Below, piece after piece: positions 35,779 to 49,600 of a DNA stretch of 64,000 nucleotides (position 1 is the stretch's first letter; every line of letters starts with the position of its first letter). The notes beneath the pieces are model-generated. The model was given only the letters and a program-made list of their open reading frames with translations. It had not been told where the DNA came from and did no database searches. A program made the position numbers and the translations under genes. The DNA comes from Basidiobolus meristosporus CBS 931.73 (lineage: Eukaryota > Fungi > Basidiobolomycota), in contig MCFE01000441.1 in NCBI GenBank assembly GCA_002104905.1, positions 10,243 through 74,242 on the forward strand, read 5' to 3'.

Positions 35779-36178
35779 AAACCTGTGTTTGCTATATTCC
35801 ATGTCTATTTCTTTTTTCTTTAATTTTTCATTGCGCGTCCATTCTCAGTTGTTCTATGGTATATTTTCGCATACATTTAAGAAATGAGGGCTGTTTTGAA
35901 AAGGAACAAGGGGCTCCAATGGGATATCTGCACTGTATACTTTGTTCTTAACGCCTTTCTTGGAAATAGTGTCCCCTTCACATCAACTGCATATACATAG
36001 CTGCACGCTCTTGACGCTACCAGCCACATCCCACTCCATCTCCCATCCATCTAGTCATAAGAGCAATAAAATCTACGGTCTAGGTATTTGCACCAACAGG
36101 TTCTTATCGCCGTACAATATTAAATTTCATAAATTTGAAATCGCTGCTTAATAATGATTTGAGGGAAACCAAGTATAA

Positions 36179-37682
36179 ATGGATTTTCTGCCTCAAAAAC
36201 TATCACCACAGTTTGTAAAATTCTTACGCGAGATGGACGTAACCGCGAAGTTGGAAAAGCTCGATATCTCGGAGGACGAGAAAAAGGCTTTTGAGGAAAT
36301 CGACACTCCACTGAAGTTTCTGAAAGTTTGTTTCCCCACCTATGACGACAAGCTTTTGTTAAGTAAGCTAGAGGCCTGTAACGGAGATGTCGAGAATACT
36401 GTCGACGTGATATCCAACGATGAACTAAGGAACTTGGAAATGTTCGAGTACGCTTCTCATACCCCAGAGGAAACCGTTCCTACACCACCGAAAGAACCAG
36501 TAGTGGAGCCTACTAGACGTCAAGTCAACGCTCCGGGGAATTTCAGCAGGGCCCGTAAGCAACAGCGTGATACCCAACAAAGAATTCGTCCAGTCCTAAA
36601 GAAGGATGACTTCCCTGAATTGGTGTCCACTCCAAAGCCTACCAGCAACTCTTCCGACTCCTCAAAGCCTCAGCAACCACCTCCACTGCCGCCCCTTCAA
36701 CCGCGTATGACTATTCGCCATCAGGAGGAATTCGAAGAAGATCTCTCCCACCTAGCTAGCATTTTCCCGGACCATGATGTATCCGTTCTCTCCGTCATAC
36801 TTCAAGACTCTACTAGTCTTGAAAACGCCATTGACAACGTGCTGCGAAACGTGGATACGGCTAAACCATCCGACAAGACCAGTCGGGGTAGCACCAAAGC
36901 AAGACTGGTGTTTAGCGGGCAAAGGAATATTCGGGAGATCCATGATAATCCTGATCTGGAGATCCAAAGGGCCAAGAACGCGCCTAATCTCTCCGCCTAC
37001 AGAGTTCAGAGTATCGAGGACCCGGAATATTGCCGTCGGAAGGCCATCGAGAATATCACCAAGAGAAACGAGTTTTTCATGAAGGCCGCCAGAGCCTTTT
37101 CCGGTAGATCTTACGGTAGTGGTGGAGTGGCATTCTTTTACTCGCAAGAGGTTAGACTCTCTGTTGGCTATTTGTGCTTGAAGATACTGAGTAGTAATTT
37201 GTTATAAGGGCAAGAATTATGACGCCAAAGTCAAGCAATGGAAATCTCGTGCCGCGCAAGCAACGCTGATGCAGAACCAGTTAGTCTCTTTTCGAGTCGA
37301 TATCTTCAACATGTGATAGCTAAAAGACTCCATCTATAGGTTGCGAGTCCAAGACCCTCATACTGTTGATCTTCATGGATTGACGGTTTCTGAGGCGTTA
37401 GCAGTAGTTAAAGACACAGTCAATGATTGGTATTCGCGAGAGGAGATGAAGTCAGGTAATATTCTAGTGACTGCGTTGTATCTATACCATGTTATTCAAT
37501 TGTGGTTCCTTGTAGGTCGCTCTTACTTCAAGCCTTTGACTATTGTCACCGGAGTAGGCCACAACTCGCCATCCTACAACTCTCGCTTAGGGCCCGCCGT
37601 AACCAAAATGCTAAACAAAGAAGGCTGGAAGGTGGATGCATCCAAAAAGGGCTTCGTGGTTGTGAAGGGAGTCAAGATGTGA
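36179..37682 (+). CDS. CUE2: CUE-CUE-DUF1771-Smr protein (Cue2/N4BP2-like endonuclease)
   Basis: Two CUE-like helical repeats (LKVCFPTYDDKLL; LASIFPDHDVSVL); AARAF...AFFYSQE; Smr motifs VDLHGLTVSEA and IVTGVGHNS. Confidence 0.8.
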
Positions 37683-37924
37683 TTTCGAAGGTGGAAGTTT
37701 CGCGTTTACAGACAGAAAACTCCAACCCGCATTCATGGAGCCAGCACTCACCACGACTATTGAGGCATGTACATATGATAGTATTTAGGAATAAATAATT
37801 GTTTAAGCCATTAAGTTATGCTTGATTGGACCTTGATTAGTTAGTTTGTATATCAATTAGTGGAATCTACCTTTTATTTGGGTTCTATCATGGAAATTAA
37901 GCTTACATTTAGCATGTGCATGTG

Positions 37925-38773
37925 CTATAGAATAGATTTGGTACTCATGGGTGGAGATGGATAGCCTGTATCTATTTCTTCCTCAGTAGGAGCTTCTTTA
38001 GCTTTCTCCTGTTGCATCTTGGCCCTCATTTGTTTCTTCAAAGAGGCTATCGAGGGGCGTTTGATGGTGGTAACAGTAGCTTTCCGAGTTTGTGATTTCT
38101 CCAGAGTTTTAAGAGTAATGGGATCCAAGGTGCTTTTAAATGCCACCTCTCTTGATGTGTTTTTGGTGAAATAGCTGTTATACGTATTAAAAGCGATGTC
38201 CCGAACCTCCGGGGAGGCGTCAGATATGCCTGCTGCAATGGCTTTCTCGATCATCACGAATTCATCACCTAGACGAGACTCCCACAAATTTACCACACAC
38301 TGCAACCCTTTGATCACACCAAATCTAATATCCTTATTCTCACTCGATTGCTCTTCAAGGAGGGAGGAGAACCAACTTGTGGGGCCTGACAAGGAGAGAA
38401 TCTTGATGAGAGAGTCGACAGCTTTGGTGCGTATGATCTTGTTTGTGCGGCCACAGTTCTTCAGGATTACTGGAAGATAAGCGTTGGCCAGAGGGTCGAA
38501 TTCAAATTTGAGATGTTGAACGAGCTCTACAATATATTCCATGGCCATATTACAGAGCTGTGTTCTTTCGCTTTTGACACAGTCTATCACACCTGGAGCA
38601 ACCACTTTACAAAGCTCCATAAAGTTGCTGTATTTACAAACGTTGGGGAGAGCCTCTTTCAAAGCAGCCAAAACATCTCGACGCTTTAACCATTCTTCCT
38701 CTTCAGACTCGGCAAATGTTCTCGAATAGGAAACCACTTCCTGTTCGTAAGACTTTTCGCTTGGCCCCATCAT
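37925..38773 (-). CDS. Stand-alone CLASP-N/TOG-like HEAT-repeat protein, intronless
   Basis: WLKRRDVLAAL...VKSERTQLCNMA...YLPVILKNCGRTNKII...ISDASPEVRDIA. Confidence 0.75.
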   Translation of the reverse strand: MMGPSEKSYEQEVVSYSRTFAESEEEEWLKRRDVLAALKEALPNVCKYSNFMELCKVVAPGVIDCVKSERTQLCNMAMEYIVELVQHLKFEFDPLANAYLPVILKNCGRTNKIIRTKAVDSLIKILSLSGPTSWFSSLLEEQSSENKDIRFGVIKGLQCVVNLWESRLGDEFVMIEKAIAAGISDASPEVRDIAFNTYNSYFTKNTSREVAFKSTLDPITLKTLEKSQTRKATVTTIKRPSIASLKKQMRAKMQQEKAKEAPTEEEIDTGYPSPPMSTKSIL

Positions 38774-39207
38774 GCTTGGGAACTGTTTGTTGTGTGAGGT
38801 TTAGAAAATAGGAGCTCAAAGTTGGGATTTTTTCTTCCATTGGAAATCAAGCACTATTTATATGTACAAACAAGGACAATAAGCATACACCCTACACAAT
38901 CACTCCCACTGAATCTCCTAAGGATTTTCAAGAATCCCGCATCATCCAGACATGCATCTCCCGTGGAATTAAGTGCGCGCACTTCAGAAGTACGCTAAAT
39001 AAACGCCTATTGCTGCACATACATGTGCTTGAGATCTCGTTATTTGTTTAAATTAACCGCATTTTATGGGGAAACTCGATTTGCTCCATCTTGAATGTTG
39101 AGTGGCCCTTCACTCAGGGAATGTTTTTATTTATTGTTGATATTCTTCAACCTTTATATTCGGAAAACAACAACACCACACTGAGCTCTCCCCTTGAATA
39201 CTGCAAG

Positions 39208-39535
39208 ATGCTGACCATTGAAAGAACCACGAACCACTCACAAACCGCTAACTTCCAGCAAGAGAAAGAAAAGGCTGCCAAAGATATAGCACAGGTGAGC
39301 CCATAGTCCTTTCCCCTACGATGTCTCAGCACTGATGTTTTTGGCTTAGGGTTTGGAGGAGCTAATAACCAATCTGACCATGTTGAATCGAAACCTTGAA
39401 TTGGTGAATTCTCTGGGCAAGGATTTCGACCAGATGTCTCATCTGTGGTCAGGCTTTCGCCAGGTTTTTCTGGAGAAGGAGGGTACTGAGGTGGAAGATA
39501 TGGAAGATGTTACTGTATCGGAAATGAGTCCCTAG
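39208..39535 (+). CDS. DAD1: DASH/Dam1 complex subunit Dad1; one intron; start approximate
   Basis: NFQQEKEKAAKDIAQ|GLEELITNLTMLNRNLELVNSLGKDFDQMSHLWSGF matches the Dad1 pattern. Confidence 0.8.
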
Positions 39536-39655
39536 AAAACCGTAATATTCCAATAGAATCCAATTTTCGTATTTGTAAAATAAACTGTATACCTTTCCCA
39601 ACTTATCTTTCCAGTGACGCTCGAATTCAGTGAAAGTTACGGCTGTGAGTTGATT

Positions 39656-39704
39656 CGAAACACGAAACACGAAACACGAAACACGAAACACGAAACACGA
39701 AACA
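39656..39704. repeat. 7-bp tandem repeat (CGAAACA)7, read in another phase as (CACGAAA)6
   Basis: Read directly from the sequence. Confidence 0.97.
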
Positions 39705-39951
39705 TGCCTACGGAGTCTAGATCAAGATCACTGTAAAGGATTTGCCGGGCTTTCTCTGAAAATCTACATATGTTATAGCTATTTATGGAAAGCCAGCATC
39801 ACTTCGAACAGGGGAAATGATGTTATTTGCGGTAAGTGGTTTTGCCAGGCCGGAGCATTTATACGAGCGATCTGGTCTAGTCTTCAGCGTCTTTCTTTAT
39901 CTCGTTAATTGTAATCGCTCTCCGCCAACGATCCCATTGAAGACAACGGTA

Positions 39952-40980
39952 ATGGAGCCTCTTTCAACCTCCGAGGGATTTTTTGCTGCCATTGGACTCT
40001 CCAAGTTGGTCAACTACTGGCACGTTATGGTCTTGACTACTGTGGCCTGTCAGCTCATTGCTTCCTTCTCGCGCCTTGCTTCTCCTATACTGTTCCCCAA
40101 AACTTATGGAAATCTGAAGGGTGTCAAACGTCTTAGTTGGGATATGCATGTGGTTTCGTTGGTGAACTGCATTGTAGTCTCCGTATTAGCCACCCCAATG
40201 CATTGGAACCATAGTCTTCCTCAAGATAAGCTGTTCGGATACAACGACCAAGTGGGCCTACTTCATTCAATTGCCTCAGGGTAGAGTTGCAAATCAAGCA
40301 ATGACCGTAATTCTCTTGCTAACATTAATGTTGATCAGATATTTCTTGTGGGATGCCTTCCATCACATTAAATATGTCAAGGACTTTGGTATTGGGTTCG
40401 CCTTTCATGGAGTAGCCTCGCTCTTCTTGGGAGTCTATTCATTCGTAAATACGCTCACTTCTTTCTGTATCTTTGTGCCGATATTGACTCAGGTTTATAT
40501 AGCGACCATTCATTATGTACTACGGATGCTCCTTTTTGATGTTTGAACTCAGCACGCCATTTTTGAATTTCCACTGGTTCATGGTAAGATCTTGATGCAC
40601 TCATATGTTGGCGAGAAGCCAGCTCACCATTTCCCGCAGGATAAACTTGGCTATACTGGCAGCATGGCGCAGATAGTCAATGGGGTCATACTTGTTATCG
40701 TCTTCTTCTTTGCTCGTTTGGTTTGGGGTTTTTGGACCATGTACGATTTGATTGGTAAGGCCCCGGATAAGATATCCTCCATGATCACCAAACTCATCTT
40801 TCCTCTACAGTCACGGTCATTCCTCGCTTAGACCAGATTCCATGGTATGTTACGTTGTTTTTCGGCATGGCTTTCACGTGCCTGAACTTGTTGAACATCT
40901 ACTGGTTCCGTAAGATGATCTTATCCGTTCGTGCAAGATTCCTACTCAATGACAAATTCAATAAGAACAAGAGAGAATAG
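39952..40980 (+). CDS. TLC-domain (TRAM/LAG1/CLN8) membrane protein, Tda4/TMEM56-like, multi-exon
   Basis: SWDMHVVSLV, GYFLWD, FHGVA, RPFIMYYGCSFLMFELSTPFLNFHWFM-DKLG, FFFARLVWG, LNLLNIYWFRKMI. Confidence 0.88.
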
Positions 40981-42116
40981 TTGTAGAGTAGATATTGGAG
41001 ACCAGATATCTATCGATTTTTCCATTCCCCACTGTTTCCCGATTCCAATTCCAATCATATTGGCTTGTACATTAATAATAGTATTTCCGAGATACGATTT
41101 ATCCGAGTTTTCTTCATCCATATATACCATGTTACTATGTGTTGCGCCAACTAAACCGAGACGAAGGAGCTACGTGCAACCATACCCACGTGTGGAGGTG
41201 CGTAAAATCCTCCTATCACTAAGCAATGTGAATGGTGAACCTATGAATAGAACAGTCCAGTTTTAGGCAATTTTATTGACAACATAATGCTGATGTGCGA
41301 ACTGGTAATATGCGAGAAGTGTTGGCAAATCTTATGCTCCAGCAATGTCACGTGATGCCCAACATTTGTATCAGCAATCATAGTTAATTTATTCGAGCTT
41401 TCACACAACAATGGCAAAATAAACAGGATCAAATCAAAAAATATCGTGGCTACAGTCAATTCCAATATAGAGGGGTTATGGTTTTCCAGAAAATCGATCC
41501 GTCGAATTTCAAGGTATCAGATGTAAAAACAACCAAAATTGGATAATCAGCTTCGCCAGGAGTAGGCATGGTTGAAAGTCCCGGCTATTAGTTTACCAAG
41601 TCAAAAAATCCCATATCAAGAAATTTCCAATGTATTCCACAATACTTGGCAGGGTCGATGCACAGCTTTGGGTGGTTTCTATCAGTGGGATCTTTTGGAT
41701 TGGTGAATTCTAACTTTATTATGGTTAGATTTACTCATCGCTTATTATTCAGGCGGGCTCCGTTTTTGCGGACAACTCAAAACGGCCGGAGAAACTCCGA
41801 CTCTGCCAAGGTTGACAGTGAACTGACGGTCGCTGTTAGCAATAACTACTGTAATATTAGAGTAGAGTGTTTGTAGTTACAATGCCAAGTCCTTCGCCTC
41901 AAGCTATTTTCATGCTCGGGCTTTCCGCAGCTCATGGTGAATCCTCACTCAACATGTCCATGCCATGACCAAGGATTATTGCATGGTCAGTTATAAATAT
42001 CATTACACTAATCGGGAATTCCGTAGTCAATTTTGTTGACTACCATATTGAGCACACGCACGAATGATTCCCATAAATACAGGTTGTACAGAGCTTGGTC
42101 GTATCCTGCAAACACC

Positions 42117-45100
42117 ATGGCGTCTATTCCTGAAAAACGGGAAAATGAGAACAATGAGGAATCTACAACGCTAAACGACTTAGAGTTTACAGAGAAGGTG
42201 GAAGTCACTCCAAATTTAACCGAAGATGTTCCTGACGAAAAAAGCGAGAAAAAACCTGTCGAGCCGAAAGCCAGTATGCGAGAGCTGTTTAACTTCGCCA
42301 CCAAACTCGATCTGTTCTTGATGGTCGTCGGCTTTGTGGCAGCAATTGTCGCAGGCGCTGGTATGCCTTTGATGACGTTAGTATTGTGTTTCTTTCCATG
42401 TTTATACATTAGCACTAACGTTGCGGAAAAATACGGAAAAATAGGGTGATCTTTGGCCAAATGATCAATATATTCAAGGTGTTCAATGTGAAGGCAGCCG
42501 AGGGATATATCTCCCCCGAAGATATCTCCACCTTCCGCTCCGAAATCAACAAATATGCCTTGTACTACGTCTACCTTTCAATCGGGATTTTCGTCACCAC
42601 ATACGCCTATATGTCTACTTGGGTTTATGCCGGTGAACGTCAAACCAGAAAAATTCGCGAATCCTATCTCGCTGCGGTGCTTCGTCAAGAAATAGCTTGG
42701 TTCGATAAGCTGGGTGCTGGTGAGATTACAACCCGAATCACTAGCGATACTCATTTGATTCAGGACGGTATCTCCGAAAAATTCCCTCAGAGTTGCTCTT
42801 ATGTAGCTACATTCATATCTGCTTTTGTCATCGCATTTACGAGAAGCTGGCAGCTTACCCTAGTTCTTTGCTGTATTATTCCCATGATCGCGATCTCAGT
42901 GGGAGTATTGAATATGTTTACCAGCAAGTTTGTCAAACGGGCTCTCGATCACTATTCTATCTCTGGTACGTTGGCTGAAGAGGTGATATCTTCCATTCGG
43001 ACTGCAACAGCATTTGGCCAACAAAAGAAGCTTTCAGAGTTGTACAACAAAAATATCCTCTTGGCAAAGCAGGAGGGATTGAAGAAGGCGTTCTTTTCGG
43101 GTGCCGGAATTGGTGTGATCTACTTTATTATTTATGCCGCTTACTCTCTCGCTTTCTGGTTCGGTGGAAAGCTATTGAACTGGAATGATATTGACGTCGG
43201 CAACGTTTTCAATGTCTTCTTCGCTGTGATTATTGGTGCCTTTTCACTTGGTCACGTCGCTCCTAATCTCCAGGCCTTTGCTTTTGCACAAGGGGCTGCA
43301 GCAAAGCTATACGATGCAATTTATCGGGTCCCTGCTATCGACTCCTCCTCCGCAGAAGGCATCCAACCCACAGAGAGAACTAATGGCCTAATCGAAGCTC
43401 GTGATATTCACTTTACATATCCATCCCGTCCAGATGTTCCCATTCTCAAAGGAATCAACCTAACTGTAGAGCCAGGAAAGACTGTTGCCTTGGTGGGAAC
43501 CAGTGGTTCCGGAAAATCAACGATCATTCAGTTGTTGGAGAGATTCTACGATCCACTGGAGGGTGAGATCCTTCTAGACGGGCGACCTATTAAATCGCTA
43601 AATGTTCACTGGCTTAGACGCCAGATCGGATTAGTGTCCCAGGAGCCGACCTTGTTCAAATGTACTATTGCCGAAAACGTTGCTCACGGCCTGATAGGAA
43701 CTGCCTACGAAAATGAAAGCGCAGAAAAGAAGATGGAGCTTATCGAAGAAGCCTGCAAAATGGCCAATGCTCATGGTTTCATCATGACTTTGCCGAACAA
43801 ATATGACACCCACGTTGGTGAAAGAGGCTTTCTACTTTCTGGGGGCCAAAAGCAGCGTATCGCCATTGCTAGGGCTATCGTCAAAGATCCTCGGATCCTC
43901 TTGTTGGACGAAGCTACATCAGCACTTGATACTCAGTCAGAGGGTATTGTCCAGCAGGCTCTGGATCGTGCTAGTTCTGGCAGAACTACCATAGTGATCG
44001 CCCATCGTCTTTCGACCATTCGCAATGCCGACCAAATCGTTGTAATGGAACGTGGCCAAATCATTGAGACAGGCACTCACAACTCTTTGCTTAACGAAAA
44101 GGGCGCCTATTATAGACTCGTCGAACTCCAAAAGATCGGTAATCAAGATGAAGAGTTGTCAGTTGTTCCTCCACCTGAAGACCAAAATATCACTGCTGCT
44201 ACCACACAAGATTCACAATTGAGACGGCAAACTACACAGCACTCAGTTCTGTCGGTAGGCAGTAGGAAGGACGTCGAGGAGGGTGCTGAGGCAAAACACT
44301 CTTTCCTTTACGTCTGCTACCGCGTATTCCTATTGAACCGGCCGGAGTTGAAATTCATGTTCGGTGGATTGTGTGGTTCTATAGTAGCTGGCGCCGTTTA
44401 CCCCGTTTTCGCTATTATCTTTGCTGAAGTAATTACTGCACTAAGCATCGTGAACGACGACGCAAAGCGTACACGCGAGATCAACTTCTGGGCCTTGATA
44501 TTCCTAATCATTGCGATCGTAATGTTTATCGCCCAAACCGTTCAGGGGACTTTCTTTGGCATCTCTGGCGAAAAATTGACCGAACGAATCCGTGCTATGT
44601 CATTCGCTAATATGCTGAACCAGGAGATCGGGTGGTTTGATCGTGACGAGAATAACACTGGCGCATTGGTATCTGCCTTATCCACCGATGCCACGCATGT
44701 GCAAGGGGTTAGCGGCTCTACATTTGGCACGATCTTACAAGTAGTGGTCAACATTGTTGGTGGATTTGTTGTTGGTCTCGCTTACGGTTGGAAGCTTACC
44801 CTAGTAGTGATGGGTTGCATTCCCCTTCTGATAGGTGCAGGACTCATTCGGATGAGAATGATGAATGGCTATCAACAGAAAACCAAAGCTGCCTACGAAC
44901 ATTCCGCACAACTGGCATGTGAAGCTGCGTCATCGATTCGAACCGTCGCCTCCCTTACTCGAGAACAGGATGTGTGCCGGGAGTATCACGCTGAATTGGA
45001 GGAACCAGTGAAAGCTGGTAAACGGAATGCATTTGGATCTTCCCTTGTGTTCGCACTTTCACAGGCCATTGTGTATCTAGTTAACGCGCTTGGATTTTGG

Positions 45101-46093
45101 TATGGAGGAAGGTTGTTATCTACGATAACCTATTCTGGAACTACCCCAATCCAGGAGTATGATCAGAAGCAATTCTTTGTGGTGTTCATTGCTATTGTGT
45201 TCGGTTCCCAAAGTGCTGGTAACATATTCTCGTTTGTTCCAGATCTTAGCAAAGCTAAACATGCTGCAAGCAGCATCATCGCCCTTTTGGATCGTCAGCC
45301 CCTCATTGATGTAGTTAATGCTCAAGGTGACAGAGTAGAGTCTGTCATGGGGCGTATCACTTACCGAGATGTCCACTTTCGGTATCCTACTCGCCCAGGA
45401 GTTCCGGTACTCCGTGGCTTAAATATTGATATTAAGCCTGGCCAGTTCGCTGCGTTGGTGGGCCCATCAGGCTGTGGTAAGAGCACAGTGATCGGTCTAA
45501 CGGAGCGCTTCTACGATGTTCTTGCTGGAAGCGTTATGATTGATGGAAAGGATGTTCGTCAAATGAATATCAACGATATGCGCAAGCATATTGCCTTGGT
45601 CGGCCAGGAGCCCACGCTTTACGATATGACGATTAGAGAGAACATCTGCTTTGGCTTAGTTGGCCGTGTCCCTTCTCAAGAAGAAATCGAACAAGCAGCT
45701 CGTGACTCCAACATTCATGATTTCATCATGAGTCTTCCTCAAGGTTACGATACTCCACTTGGTGGGAAGGGCTCACAGCTTTCTGGCGGCCAGAAACAGC
45801 GTATTGCGATTGCCCGTGCACTAATTCGCCAGCCGAAGATATTGCTTCTCGACGAAGCCACTTCTGCCCTTGATGCTGCTTCGGAGAAAATTGTTCAGAC
45901 TGCACTGGATAATGCCGCCAAGGGACGAACCACTATTGCGGTGGCGCATCGACTCTCGACAATTCAAAAAGCCGATATTATATACGTATTCAAAAATGGA
46001 GTTGTTAACGAACAAGGCACTCATGATGAACTCATGGCCCTTAGGGGGCAATACTACTCTCTTGTTGTCCAACAAGACTTGAGCACCAACTGA
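42117..46093 (+). CDS. Full-size ABCB (MDR/P-glycoprotein) exporter; intron 42377-42444
   Basis: TMD-NBD-TMD-NBD layout; GTSGSGKST and GPSGCGKST Walker A, LSGGQKQRIAIAR twice, LLLDEATSALD twice; the GTTAGT...ATAG intron restores PLMTVIFG. Confidence 0.97.
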
Positions 46094-46642
46094 GCTGATG
46101 CTTATCTAATACCTTTAGTGTAATATAATCCCCAAGCATATGTGACTTGGAATGCAATAATAAATAAGCATGTGACGATAATTGGCTAAATTCTTGTATT
46201 GTCAGTAACAGCTTAATATGGTAGTAGATCATTTAATAAAGGCGGAGTTTCACCGAGCTGGACATCTCATTGTTTACTCGAAGCTGTAGTTCTTCAGATG
46301 ATACGGTATTTAAAGGAGGGTCTCAAAATCATAATGATTGGTTACATCCGAGTGACAACAGATCAATTGTCAGGGCTGGCATTTCTCCTAAATCCACATT
46401 CACATCCACACCACTTGCATCATCCGGGCTTTCGATTGTGGGTTTGATTGTGAGTTAAACGATGTTCGATGACTCCTGATGAAATGTAGTGATGATGCAC
46501 ACTCGTGGGGGAATTGCTGAATGGCTGAATTTCGGAGCGTGCATGATATAAGCTGGCTACCTACCCTCCGCATTGCACGTCCTGGCTGCTTGTCCAGTTT
46601 CTTGTCCTATTACTTTCTCAGTTGCTTGTCTTCACCATATAC

Positions 46643-49600
46643 ATGAACCATACATTAGTTCAGTCAGAGCAGCAATCGCTGCTTGAAGCTCTGTTACTTT
46701 CCATGAAGCGAGTGGACAAGCATCCTACATTGCCCGTTATATATTCTTCCACCATGTGCGCTCTTATGTTTCGATATACCAACTCACAGGTTTTCTCTCT
46801 TCATATCGGAAGTGAGCAGTCCCAAGTGTCGATTTCCCTGTGCCCTGATATGTCCCTCATGGACCTCTTGAAAGTAACCGAGGATCGAATCGTGACGTCA
46901 CTTCGTGGAAGACACCTCTCTATTTCTGAGTTGGCCATCCGCCTGTATGTCACGGATTCATCACCTGTTGTGAATGACAGTTCAGAGATACAAATGCATA
47001 TTAGTTCCACAACCGGCCAGGTAATCGACAGAATCGGCATCAACAAATCTTTGCTTTGTAGTGGCACAGACGTTGTAGGCCATTGGAATGAACTGCTGAG
47101 GCGTTTTGTTGACCAACCAGATGTACCTATATCCGAAGTTGTCCTACTTCCCCCTGTGGAAGCGGAGCTTTTAACCTCCGACGGCTGGGCAACCACTTCC
47201 TTTGTTACCGATACACTGGCTCCATCCGTTGGAGTTTATCTTCACACGGTTTTTGAAAATACCTCCAAAATGTATCCTGGGCGCACAGCGATACTGTTCG
47301 AAAAATCAACTGGCCAGGATGAGGTTTTCACTTACCAAGAAGTTGAAGCTATCTCTACTACATTGGCCAAATACCTGCATGAGAATCACCCTACAGGACC
47401 AGGGGTGTATATTGGCCTATTAATGCCGCAAAAACCGACTGCATATATTGCAATGCTTGCCATCCTTAAGACTGGTTCGGCCTATGTCCCGATTGACCCA
47501 GCATGCCCCTCAGAGCGCATAGAATACATACTCGGCGATTCTCAAGCCGGATTATTGCTGTGTGAAAGGGAAGCAGTAAGAGATAATCTACCATGCCAGA
47601 CATTAGCCTTGGATGATTGGCTGGCGGCCCAGTCATCCTTCAGTGAGAGTTTCAAGCTACCTTCTGGAGTACTTCAAGTAGCAGATCCGGCCTATATGAT
47701 ATATACTAGCGGAACCACTGGTCGGCCAAAAGGTAAACCCAAGCCTATATAGATACTGATGCTGATGGATGCTGACGACTGCATATTACAGGGGTTGTCG
47801 TTGAACATCAAAATGTTGTCAGCTTGGTCAACGCAGAGTATTCCATTTTCAAATTAAATGCTGAAGATCGAGTATATCAGCAGTTCTCCCTTTCCTTCGA
47901 TGCATCTATCGAGGAAATATGGCTACCGTTCAGAGTGGGTGGAACCCTTGTTCCAGCTACTCAGAAGCCAGGTCCAGGACTCTCGGAAACTCTAGAAGCC
48001 AAGGGTGTAACTGTTCTTAGCTGTGTCCCAACCTTACTAACCATGCTGCCGGAAGACGAGAAGTTGCGAAGTCTTCGACTGCTCATTCTGGGAGGAGAAG
48101 CTTGCCCCAAATCCGTAGTGGAAAGATTCGGTATTGGCTGTCGGATTGTAAATAGCTATGGGCCGACCGAAACAACGGTAAGTGATTATGCTCGGTCCAT
48201 TTTGAAATCATAGAAACTCAATTTTGTTAGGTGATTGCGACATGGAAAGAATGCAATCCAACTGATGATATTGTGACAATTGGACGACCAATCCCTGGGT
48301 ATTCGGCTTTCATCATGTCAGCACATAATCAACTTCAGCCTGTAGGGGTCGCAGGAGAATTGGTTATTGGGGGTCCCGGTGTCACACGGGGGTATCACAA
48401 CCTTCCCGAGCTTACAAGGAGCAAATACATCAAAAATACATCCCTGGATTCCGAGGGGCGGTTATACAAAACTGGTGATCTGGCTCGGTTTAATGCTGCC
48501 GGGGAAATTGAGTATTTGGGCCGTATCGATACCCAAGTGAAGCTACGTGGCTTTCGAATCGAGCTTGCCGAGGTTAGCACCTTTCTGTTGTATGCATGGG
48601 ATGTTCTGTCGTACTCAAGTACATTTCAGGTAGAATCAGCACTGCAAGCTTGCGAAGGCATACAGCTGGCTGTGGCTACTGTAGATGTGGATGTATTTAG
48701 CATGGAGCATCTAGTGGCATACGTGGTTCCGACTGGCAACGAGGCCTTCTTGGACTTTCAGGCCATAAAAGATAATCTTCAGAAAAAAATGCCTAGCTTC
48801 ATGGTTCCCTCCACCTTCCAGGTAATACAAGATGTACCAACTTTGCCAAGCGGAAAAATCGATCGCAAGAGTCTACCAAAGATGTCACCTGACGTTGCGG
48901 TCTCTGTAAAAGATGAATCCAAACCAACCATTGCCCCGAGAACCCCGACGGAGGCAAAACTAGTGGACGTTTGGACCCGTTACTTCAACGGTAAAGCCAT
49001 ATCGGTATCGGATAACTTTTTTGATCTTGGTGGCCATTCGCTCTTTGCTGCTATGCTCATCTCAGAACTACGTAGCAGTGAGTGCACAAAAGGCATCTCG
49101 ATGGGACATATATATCAATTTCCCGTTCTAGAAAACCTGGCTGCCTTCCTTGACACTGGTTTATCCACTGAGACTAGGCATGTTAGCAAGAACAGTAATA
49201 TAGATCGAGGAAACAGTGATGTTGAGAAGTTGAGCAATTTGGAGAGAGTTGATTTTCCACCTACGCCTAGCTACTTGCATACTTTCGGTCGTATGATCTG
49301 TCAGCTCGCAGCAATACTAACGGTTTTCCTTGTAACGACACTACCAGTATCAATCTTGTACATGTTATACAAGTTCACAGAAACTCCGTTAGCCGTCGTG
49401 TTAGTGCTTTTTGCCCTGGATTTTTGTTGGATGGCTGTGATCGTAGTTGCTTTGAAGTGGATCTTGATCGGGCGGTACCGTGAAGGAAAATGGCCACTTT
49501 GGGGGGCCTATTACTGGCGTTGGTGGGTTGTAAGAAGCTGCACAAGAGTGCTCAAGTTGTATATCCTCGAGGGATCTCCACTCCTTAACCTTTTTTACAA

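Noticed and set aside
39656-39704. CRISPR-like or telomeric array
   Set aside because: No spacers, eukaryotic context, and the unit is unrelated to TTAGGG; a simple heptamer repeat.
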